Part shown: piece by piece, positions 35,554 through 45,976 of the stretch
How positions within the stretch are numbered: position 1 is the first letter of the stretch
How the letters are laid out: each line of letters begins with the position of its first letter
Origin: Lama guanicoe
Taxonomy: Eukaryota
DNA length: 64,000 nt
Direction of reading: 5' to 3'
NCBI GenBank assembly: GCA_013239625.1
Contig: MU055609.1
Span: 14,458,375-14,522,374 of the forward strand
Notes under the pieces: model-generated
What the model saw: only the letters and a program-made list of their open reading frames with translations
Database searches by the model: none
Told to the model about the DNA's origin: nothing
Made by a program: the position numbers and the translations under genes

Positions 35554-36714
35554 CCAAGATAATGTAATCTCATAATATTTAAGCCTGCTGAGTTTGAGGT
35601 CTTCTGCCACTAATATCCAAAAGCGTGCTGTACCTCGGATCCCAGGCACCTCTGCCTGTGCCTCTGAGGCTGAGCCCCATTCATATGCACCTGTGCGGAT
35701 CCCAGACTTTGAGACTCCTTGTTGCAGCTCTCCACTTACCTACTAGGATGCCCACTTTGTTGGCGATCTGGTTATGGTACCATAGACCTCTTTCCCTCTA
35801 GCCCCTAAGATGCCGGTTTTAGACCTTTACCATGTCTTGGACCTTGGATCCCTCAAACATAACTTGTAACCTTTTGAATTGCATCCACATCCTTATAACG
35901 GAGGATAAACAAGCTCTTCCCACATCTTGGGTGTTATCTAACTGAGCTGCCCTTGGTCTGGTCCTCTGGCCTATTGCAGCAAAAGATCAGACAGAAGCTG
36001 TTACACCTGTTGAGACTGGCAAAGCTATAATCAGGAAACTGAGTCCAGGTCAGAGCTTGGAACGATCAGGAAGCAATGAGGAAGGGGAATGAAAGATTGT
36101 GACTTAGGACCAAGAGTGTCAGTGGCAGATTGTGGAGGAAGCAAGTGGGCAGAGACCTGTTTGGATTTTTTATAATGGTACAATGAGTGGAGGCAGGTCT
36201 GCCAGGTTAAAAGAGCTGGGCAGAGCTGGACACCCCTTTAGGTACCAAGCACCCTCCTCCCCGTCTGCTCAGTCCTCACCCAGTGTCTTATGTGGATTTC
36301 AAAGTTCCCCCGCAGTGAACTCCCTGGACTCTTCCTAGTTCCAGTGGTTCAGAATTTGACTCCAGGTCAACTCAACACCTACTCCTGCACTGTGTGCTGG
36401 AAACACCAGGATGAATAAACAACAGCTCCTGTCTTGTAGAAGCTCATTGTCATTAAGATGGCTTGCAGTCCCTGCTCCGAGTCTTGCAGAATCTGTTTCT
36501 ACCCCCATTCCTAAAGCCAGAACATCATCCTCTTTCGTCCGCATTCTCTTTTCCTTAGGATTCCCCTGAATATTCATCTCTGCCAGGATGTTTTCCCTGA
36601 CCCTCACCATCAGGCACATTTTATGCCACTCCAGCAACCCTTGGAAATTTCCTATTGAACTCTGTCCAGCTGGGATTAACACAGTAGGTGTTCTTCGAGC
36701 CTTGAGAGGTAGGG

Positions 36715-36740
36715 GTGTGTGTGTGTGTGTATGTGTGTGT
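36715..36740. repeat. (GT)n microsatellite
   Basis: gtgtgtgtgtgtgtgtatgtgtgtgt. Confidence 0.9.
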
Positions 36741-38289
36741 TCGCCTCATTCTAGCCAAAAGCCACATCCCCCAATGCATTGTCATCTGAACAGATTTGGA
36801 AGGCAGCCTGAACCAAGGCCCTCCTGCCTTTTACTCTCCTCTGAGTCCCAGTCCTGCCTCTCTAGATGTTTCTCCTCGATGTTCTGCCAAGACCTCAGAT
36901 TCGTCACACCCAAAATCATCCTTCCCTCCTATTTCCCCATTCGGGGAGTATAGCTCCATCAGCCACCCAGGCACGCAGACGCAAGGCCCCCGACTCCTTC
37001 TCCAGCAGACACATTCATGCTGTGCTACAGCCGCACGCCAGACTCCACGGCCCTAGGAGAGCGGCACCCTTGGGAACAGCCACTCAGTCACATGACACAA
37101 AACGTACATGCCTTCAAAGCTCACACAAAATTCAGAGGCACGGCCAGTCACACAGAATCAGAACCACACAGAGAAGGATGGAGAAGCTCGCCCTTCTGCG
37201 TGGTCATATCAGGTCCTGTGTAACGACAAATACATGCACACGCTCGCACGTTTCCATCAGGAGCCTTCTGGGGAAATGAAACATCAGGAAGTCCAACCGT
37301 CTTAAACCCAGACCCAGGCCCCAAGCCCATCAATCTTGCTGGGGGAGGAGGGTGGGCATTCCTTTCCCCTGTTCCTGACAGCTGCATGGTTTGTGCCTGC
37401 TCTGTGGACCCCAGTGCCATGATTCACCCTCAGTGTCCACAGCATGACTGCCTAGCTTGACATTCTGCCTGACTTAAACTCCAGGCCTGCCTGCGCTTGT
37501 CCTCCTGGCCCCAGAACCAAACTGCCTCCATGAGGTGTGGGGAATGGAGGTCACACAAGGGCTCTGTCTCCCGGGAGAGAGGACCATGAGATGTTTCTGT
37601 TTCTATTATTACGTCTTCCGGGATCCCCTATGCTGAGCACTTGGCCAGTGGCTCCAGGACAAATACCTCTCTGTGCCCAGGCCATAGTCAAATCCAAGCT
37701 GCCTTAAACAAATTGGCAAAGAGGGTCATACAGAGACTGCCCTGGCTCTGGGAATGCCTTCCTGAGGACGAGCAGTTCCTGTCACCCCTGGGGCTGATGC
37801 TCACTGCCAGGGCAATGGCAGTGAGGATAAAGAAGGCAAGAGAAATTGCTTGCATATGACTGTGGCAGCATGGAGGGGCTGGGTAGGTGGCTGGTGTGGA
37901 TGATGTGGGTGATGGGGGTGAGGTAACAGGTGGGGAGGCTGACGAAGGTCTGAAGTTACAAGGAGACTTATTATTCACTTCAAAACAAATAAGTCAGATA
38001 TTTTTCTCCCATAATTGCTGAGAGCTGGGCTCAAGGCTGTCCTGCACATGAAGAGCCTTCTAGAAGGAACACTTTACAATAATGTAGGCTCTGGCTCTGT
38101 CCCTCTAAGATCCTGCCTCAGCCCACGAGGAGCAAATACACAGAGAAGAGGATTCCCCAGGGATTAGCTACTAGCAAATTCTGGGGAATCTTGTCAGAAC
38201 AGCTCTTCTGACCTATTGGCATCCCTCTGTGTCTTGGAACATTATTTTTTATCCTAGTTTCCTCACTGGTCCTCACTGGGAGTAAGAGG

Positions 38290-38890
38290 GAATAATCAAA
38301 TGTTGCTGGGATAGCTGACCAACCATTTGGAAAACAATAGAGCTGGAATCATACTTCACTCTTTACACACAAATAAACTCAGAGGGATAAACACATGAAG
38401 TATAAAAAGTGAAACCACACAAGTACTAAAGCAAAATGAATATTTTTATTATTTAAAGGAAAAGTGGCCTCTCTATGCACGGCATAAAATATAAAAGTTA
38501 TAAAGGAAAAGCCTAGTAGACTTAACCACATAAAAATCAAGTACTTATGAAGGACAAAAAATAAATAAGATTGAAAGTCACGATGAAGTAGAAAAACATT
38601 AGGAATATTATCTCTAATATATAAAAGAGCTCCCACAAATACAAAAATGATAAATATTCCAGTAGAGAAATGAGCAAAGAACATAATCAGACAACTCACA
38701 AAAGAAATATAAATGCCCGTTAAGAACTAAGCCTATGTTCCAGTTTAACACCAATCAAAGAATTTCAAACGCAAAATTGCTATGAACTGTCACCTATAAG
38801 GTGGGCAAAAGTGTTTTTTAAAGACTGACAAGAGGGTCTGTTGTTGGTCTATCATCTATCGTGTAAGGAAAGGGCTCTCTCCTACACTGT
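38290..38890 (+). mobile_element. Old L1ME ORF2 3' fragment
   Basis: aaatgttgctgggatagctg...catacttcactctttacacacaaataaactcag. Confidence 0.75.
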
Positions 38891-40720
38891 GTTTGTGGAT
38901 TGGAAGTCTTAATATTATTAATTAATTGGAAGTCTTAATATTATTGTTAAAATGTCCATACTGTCCAAAAGTAATCTACATATTCAATGCAACCCACGTC
39001 CAAATCCAAATGGCATTTTTGAAGAAATAGAAGGAGCCATCCTAAAATTTATACGGAACCTCATGGGACCCCAAGTAGCCAAATCAATCTTGAAAAAGAA
39101 GAACAAAGCCGGAGGACTCAGTCTTCCTGAATTTAAAACTTACTGCAGTGGGGGAGGGTAGAGCTTCAGTGGTAAAGCACATGCTTAGCATGCACGAGGT
39201 CCTGGATTCAATCCCCAGTACCTCCATTAAAAAAAAAAAAAAAAACCCAATTACCTCCCCCGACAAAACAAAACAAAAGAAAACAAATACTACAAAGGTT
39301 TAGTAATCAAAGCAGTGTAGTGCTGACTTAAAGACGGCCATATGGACCGACGGAATAGAGTAGAAAGCCCAGAAATAAACCCTCACATATGTGGTCAAAT
39401 GACCACATACATGGTCAAAGGTGCCAAGACGATTCAATGGGCAAAGAACAGTCTTTTCAACAAATCATGCTGGGAAAACAGGATACCCACAGGCACAAGA
39501 ATGAAGGACCCTTACCTGACATCACAGACAAAAATTAACTCAAAATGGGTCAAAGGTCTGAATATAAGACCTAAAACTATAAAGCTCTTTGAAGAAAACA
39601 TAGGGCAATACTTCACAACATTGGATGGAGCAAAGATTTCTTGGCAATGACACCAACGGCACAGGCCAAAAAAGGGGGAAATAGATACACTGGATTTTAT
39701 GAAAAAATTTTAATTTTGTACATTAAAAGACAACGTCAACAGACTAAAGAGGCAACCCACAGAATAGGACAAAATATTTGCAAATCATATATCTGATAAG
39801 GAATAGTATCCAGAATATATAGGGAACGCCTAAAACTCAACAGCAGAAAAGCAAGCAACCCAATTCAAAATGGACAAAGGACTTGAGTAGACATTTCTCT
39901 AAAGAATATATACATGTGGCCATAAGCACAGGAAAAGATACTCGACATCACTAATCCTTAGGGAAATGCAGATCAAAATTACAATGAGATCCCCCCTCAC
40001 ACCCTTGATAGGATGGTTACTACCAAAAAAAACAGAAAATGACATGTGTTGGCAAGGACATGGATAAATTGGAACCCTTGTGCACTGTTGATGGAAATAT
40101 AAAATGGAACAGTCACTGTGGAAAACAGTAAGGTGATTCCTCAAAAAATTAAAGACAGAATTACCATATGATCCAGCAACTCCACTTCTGAGTATATATC
40201 CAAAAGAATTGAAAGCAAGGTCTCAAAAAGGCATTTTGTATATTCATACTCANNNNNNNNNNNNNNNNNNNNNNNNNNNNNNNNNNNNNNNNNNNNNNNN
40301 NNNNNNNNNNNNNNNNNNNNNNNNNNNNNNNNNNNNNNNNNNNNNNNNNNNNNNNNNNNNNNNNNNNNNNNNNNNNNNNNNNNNNNNNNNNNNNAACATA
40401 GAGGAGTCTTGAGGATATTATTCTAAGTGAAAGAAGCCAGTCACAAAAAGACAAATATTATATGATTCACTTAGGTACTTAGAACAATCAAAATTATGAA
40501 GACAGAAAGTAGAATGGTAGTTGCAGGAGCTGGGAGTCAGAGGAAATGAAGTGTTATTGTTTAATGAGTACAGCATATCAGATNNNNNNNNNNNNNNNNN
40601 NNNNNNNNNNNNNNNNNNNNNNNNNNNNNNNNNNNNNNNNNNNNNNNNNNNNNNNNNNNNNNNNNNNNNNNNNNNNNNNNNNNNNNNNNNNNNNNNNNNN
40701 NNNNNNNNNNNCCAGAATTT
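38890..40720 (+). mobile_element. 5'-truncated L1 (L1MA/MB-type): ORF2 C-terminal part and 3' UTR
   Basis: ORFs read ILKFIRN...VAKSILKKKNKAGGLSLPEFKTY and [15 protein letters not shown]...LFNKSCWEN...[25 protein letters not shown], typical of L1 ORF2. Frameshifted. Confidence 0.95.
39150..39285 (+). mobile_element. Vic-1-type SINE, long-tail form, inserted in L1 ORF2
   Basis: ggggagggtagagcttcagtggtaaagcacatgcttagcatgcacgaggtcctggattcaatccccagtacctcca followed by poly(A) and cccaattacctccccc. Confidence 0.92.
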
Positions 40721-40869
40721 AAAAGTTGGGGAAAAAGCTAAAAAAAAAATAATAATTGACCAGGGTGTCTATCAGTGGCAATGGTGTAAAGAAAGGGTTT
40801 CTCCCCCAACTTCTAGTGAGACAGATGTGAACAGGTTCAAGCTTCTGGAAGCCAGAGAGCCAATGCATC

Positions 40870-41085
40870 TATAACAGTAGCTAATCTAAGTAGCATCATT
40901 CTAAGTGCTTTGCATGTAATAACTAGCTTAATCCAAGCAGTAATCCTGCAATATAAATCCTATCACTGTGCCCATTTTGCAGATGAGGAAATTAAAGCCC
41001 AGAGAGGTTAAGTAATTTGTCCAAGTTCCCTTTGCTAGGAAATGGCGAAACTGGCATTGAATCCTAGACATCTAGCTCTACTGTG
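40870..41085 (-). mobile_element. MIR SINE
   Basis: cccattttgcagatgaggaaattaaagcccagagaggttaagtaatttgtccaag. Confidence 0.88.
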
Positions 41086-42744
41086 TTATACTAGATCAAA
41101 ATGTTAAGTGTGCAAACCCTTTGTCCTAGAAATTCTATTCTTGGGAATCGATCCTAAGGGGCTAGTTAGGCAAACACACAGAGATGTATATACCAGGATG
41201 TGGCTCTCTTTGTCAAATATATCAGAGAGAAAATGGGAACAATATAAATGTCCATCAATAGGAGATCCATTGACTAGANNNNNNNNNNNNNNNNNNNNNN
41301 NNNNNNNNNNNNNNNNNNNNNNNNNNNNNNNNNNNNNNNNNNNNNNNNNNNNNNNNNNNNNNNNNNNNNNNNNNNNNNNNNNNNNNNNNNNNNNNNNNNN
41401 NNNNNNNNNNNNNNNNNNNNNNNNNNGTAAAATTATATATATATCACTCAAGATCTGAGAGGATGCTCACCAAAACGCTAAAGGTTATTATCTTGAGATG
41501 GTGGGGATTTCAGGGAANNNNNNNNNNNNNNNNNNNNNNNNNNNNNNNNNNNNNNNNNNNNNNNNNNNNNNNNNNNNNNNNNNNNNNNNNNNNNNNNNNN
41601 NNNNNNNNNNNNNNNNNNNNNNNNNNNNNNNNNNNNNNNNNNNNNNNNNNNNNNNNNNNNNNNNNGCCAACCTGTAATGAGAACCAGCTAGTTGTTAGAC
41701 CCCGGATTGGGAAGAAAAAAGAAAAAATGGACACTTAGAAGGTGTCAGGGGCAGAGCCAAGGCCACAGTGGGAGACAGGGGGAGAGAGACGTGTACACAC
41801 TGCTGGACTGAGACAGAAACTGGCCAGAAGCAGAGAGGAGTGCTTCCAGCGAGGGNNNNNNNNNNNNNNNNNNNNNNNNNNNNNNNNNNNNNNNNNNNNN
41901 NNNNNNNNNNNNNNNNNNNNNNNNNNNNNNNNNNNNNNNNNNNNNNNNNNNNNNNNNNNNNNNNNNNNNNNNNNNNNNNNNNNNNNNNNNNNNNNNNNNN
42001 NNNNNNNNNNNNNNNNNNNNNNNNNNCAATGGGGGGTGGCGGAGGGGAGGCAGCCTCCTCTCAGCACATCCAGGCCTGGGCGGGGTCTGCAGCCCCCGGA
42101 GAGGAAGGCTTTGGCATGAGGTGGGGATCGCGGCAAGAAGGACAGGAGAGGGACATGTGAATCCGGTGCTTTCTGCTCGCTCTTTTGTGCGAGTCCCCAT
42201 ACAGCCTTCGGCGGGTGGCATTCGCATCCCCGTTTCACTGGGCCGTGGAGATGACAGTCTGTCTCTGTCCCTGACTGCTGTGACACCAGGCCAGGCTCTG
42301 GCTTCCAGTCACATGCCTTTTGAGGGAAAGCTGAGTGACAAGGTCCAGGGTGCAGGGTGGAGGGTGAGCATAGGAGGAGATGAGGGAACCAGAAGTGCTC
42401 TGCAGGAACCAGGGCAGGAAGGGCCCCTCAGTGGTAACATGGAGGCAGGGAAAAAGTGGCTGGCAGAAGTGCTTAGAGGGCAGCAGAGGCCATGGGTGAG
42501 GTGACCTTCAATGCACGGCCTCCTTTCTAAGGGACCCAAGTCTCAGGACTGTCCCAAAGTGAGGCATCAAAGCTGAGAAGTCTGCCCTGCCCAGACTGCC
42601 TCTGCCCTGGTCCCAGCTGGCCACCTAGAACTGTCAAGTGGGGGAGCCTCCCTCACTCCTGCCTGTCCCAGTGCCTCCCCAGCGTAGAGATATTTCCTGA
42701 ACCCCAGCTTGTCTAGGCTCGACGTGAGAAGCTGAAAATATGCT

Positions 42745-42915
42745 AATTTATTGACCTTCACGATAACCCTAAGTAATAGATATTATTGTACCCTTTTTAC
42801 AGAAAAGGACACTGAGGCTCAGGAACAGACAGTCTTGCCCAAGATGACACAGCAAGTTAATGGTAGAGCCTGGATTTGAAATTGGTTCTGCTTGGTTCCA
42901 AAAGCTGTGGTCTCG
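42745..42915 (-). mobile_element. MIR SINE
   Basis: tttttacagaaaaggacactgaggctcag...cttgcccaagatgacacagc. Confidence 0.82.
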
Positions 42916-42941
42916 CTGTAAGTCTGCCTTCCCCTAGACCA

Positions 42942-43105
42942 GCAGCCCTCCAAGCGCAGCTTCCACACCAGCAGCAGCGGCGGCAGCATCACCCAACAAC
43001 TTGTTAGAAATGCAATTCGTGGGCGTCAGCCCAGCCGTATGGCATGGAGAGGGTAGGGACCAGCATCTCTGTTTTCACAAGCCTGAATGGTTCTGAGAAC
43101 CACTG
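42942..43105. mobile_element. MER5A-like hAT-Charlie MITE
   Basis: cagcatcacccaacaacttgttagaaatgcaa ... tgagaaccactg. Confidence 0.75.
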
Positions 43106-43189
43106 CCCTATACAGCGCTCCCTCCTTAGGCAGTGGAGAAGCTCTTCCAGGATGATGCCTGGTGAGCCTTCTGATTCCTCCTGCGCTTC

Positions 43190-44262
43190 CAGCCCTGCAA
43201 ATGTTGAAGTACCCTGGGACCCCTGCTCTCCTCTATCTACACTCTGTCTCTGGGTGATAGCTTATCCCCTGGCTTTAAACATCTATATGCTGATAACTTC
43301 CCAAGTTATATCTTCAGTCCTGACATCCCCCTCAAACTCCCATCTCAGGCATCCAGTTACCTGCCTGACATCTCCATAGAGCTGTCTCAAGACATCTCAA
43401 AATTAAAGTGAATCCTGATTTTCCCCAAACCTGTCCCTCCCTCATCTTCCTGATCTCAGTGGATGGCACCAGCCTTGACCCAGTTGCTCAGGCCCAAAGT
43501 CTTGGAGTCAACCTCCACTCCTCTCTTGATCTCATAGCCCACATCTAATCCAACAGGAAAGCCTGCTGGTTCTGTTTTTAAAACATATTTCAGATCTGAC
43601 TGCTGTTGACTACCTGCCTCCACATCTGCCACTGAGGTCCAAACTAGCTTCCTCTTCTCACCTGGATTCATTCAATCATTCCCACTTATGCCCCCTACGG
43701 ACCTATCTGCACTCAGTGGCCAGAGTGATTCTATTAAATCAGAAATCTGAGATTATGGCACTTTCTGGGTCAAACCCCTCCCGGGGCTTTCCAACACATG
43801 TAGAATTCAACCCCTAGCTCTTGCCTGACCTCCAAAGCCCCATTCAGTCTTCACCCTCACATTCCTCACTTCTCTCCACCTCATTCTCTCTCTCACTACA
43901 CCTGCCCATCACACCACAAACTCACCAGCCTTCTTGCCTCACCTTGATTACGGCACATGTGCTCCTACCTCAGGGCCTTTGCACTGGCTATTGTCTCCGC
44001 TCAGAATGTTCATACAATTGCTTCATTCAATTCTCTGCTTTAAAGTCAGAATGACCTGTTATTTACTCGATTTTGTTTCCTGCACAGCATTCATTATCAC
44101 TGGACATTATGTCATTTTATTTGTTTTAATGTCTGTCTCCCCTACCAGGCTGTCAGCTCTGTGTGGACAAAAGCTTTTCCTTTACTCAGCAACTAGAATG
44201 GTGTCTGCCATAGGAGCTGCCCAGTCAGTATTTGTTGAGTGAATGAATGAATGAATGCATGA
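43190..44262 (+). mobile_element. L2 (L2a-type) RT region through the 3' end
   Basis: ggctttaaacatctatatgctgataac (HLYAD-like), ctcagggcctttgcactggct, and the terminal (tgaa)n tail at ~44240-44262. Confidence 0.9.
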
Positions 44263-45089
44263 ATTTCTCAGAACTTCTGTTTCCCCCTCTGTGAAAATAG
44301 GTGTGCTCACCTTATAAAGTACCTGTAAAGTTTGAATAAATATGTGGAAATACATAGGTTATGATTGGCATAATGGGGATCCTAAAGATTTTTGTTATTT
44401 TTGGAGCTCACCTTACTTTCCTTGCTTGAGAATCCACGCTGGATCTGTATTTCTTACCACCCTGAGTGTTAGCCTTGACCAAGCAAGGCTGGTTAAGGGT
44501 CAACCAGAGTTTGCTGAAAGTTGACAGACAGCCCAGCTACAATCCAGTCTGCCTTCTCACTGTCCCCCAGAGGAAATCACATCAACTCCCCTCCATAGGA
44601 TACGTTCCAGTTTCCCCTACTGTGTCATCAAACAGTCTTCATGACCATTCAGCAAGGTTCATGCCGGTATGCCCGTTTACAGATGAAGACACCGACTCTG
44701 ACAGTGTGAGTGATTTACCCAGGATGGTGGCTTCAGGACGTGGCTGAGATGGGGCTTGCCCCTAGTCATATGAGGACAACTCCCCCACTCTTTCTCCTGT
44801 TTCAGGATTCCTCTCCCTTTAGAACACGCCCTCACTTCTGACCTTTCAGCTGTGCCTGGCCTGCCCTCTCCTCTGCGCCAAGTCTCAGTTCTACTCTTGC
44901 TCTGAGATCCAGCTCATCTCCTGGAAGCCCTCCTAACTTTCTCCCTCTCCTTTGAGCTTCTCTAGTAGCTTCTCTACTGGAGTCCATGCTCTGATGGTCT
45001 CCTATGGTTTCTCTCTTCAACTCTAACCTCAATGACTCATTATTTCTAAGTTACATTTGCTATATACATCGGCAAACAGATCAGAGAGA

Positions 45090-45420
45090 TAAAGAAGAAA
45101 AAGTCGAAGTTCCCATTCACCACCCCTTCTTCAATCCCATTCCCCCTGGAGTAACCACTGCCGACAGTCTGGCCTGACCGCTGGAGTCCCTTCCAGGCAT
45201 TTCCACGCAGACACTTGCTCAGACGCTAACAACAATGCTAAATAGATGGGATCATGCGCCTGGTCTTCAACCTGATTTTTTTGACTTGGCAATGTGTCTT
45301 AGTGATTGTGCCACGTCAGCACTCATAGACTCTTTTGAAGAGCTGTAAAACTGTGGATGCACCATGATTTATTTTGCCACTTTTCTACTGATGGACATTG
45401 GGGTGGTTGCCAATTTTTCA
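45090..45420 (-). mobile_element. L1ME-type 3' end
   Basis: ctactgatggacattggggtggttgccaattttt; gagtaaccactgccgacagtctgg. Confidence 0.65.
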
Positions 45421-45962
45421 CTCTTGGAGAGCCCCCTGAACCAGCCGCCCCGTGCGTCTCTCTCCGAGCCCACGGCGTTTCTGCGGGAGGGAGGACTGGA
45501 GTGGAGCTGCAGGGGGAAGGCCGCCCCTTTGAAGCGGCTGAGCCAGTCTGTACTCCACAGTGGCCCACTCTGACCCTACGCTCTGAATTCACAAAGCACT
45601 TCCACAAGCACTATTTTGTTTGCTCCTCACAAGAACCCTGAGAGGCAGTAACATTAGTACCATTTTACAGGCGAAGACTGGAATTCAGCCCCATCCTGTC
45701 ACTCTCCAGAGCTCATGCTCAGATCCAGTCCTGTGCAGACAAGACAGGTCCTCAGACCCTGGGAGCAGTTGAGGGTGGCAAGCGGGTGCCTCGGGAGTCC
45801 GAGTAGGGGTTTGAGCACCAGAGGACCACCTGGGTATTTGGGTTGGGGAATGCAGAAGCAAGGCACTTAGTGGGGGGCTCAAAAGCCCGAGGAGGGGCTT
45901 TCTTCCCACTCCTTCCATGGCTCAGAGGAGCCTGGGCTCAGGCTGAGAAGCAGGGCTGCTAT

Positions 45963-45976
45963 GTTGCCATGGAAAC
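45963..45976. promoter_or_regulatory. RFX X-box motif
   Basis: GTTGCCATGGAAAC, one mismatch from the palindromic RFX consensus GTTGCCATGGCAAC, in non-repeat GC-rich DNA. Confidence 0.6.

Noticed and set aside
38952-39650. L1 ORF2-like ORFs as a functional CDS
   Set aside because: The element is 5'-truncated, frameshifted and interrupted by a SINE.
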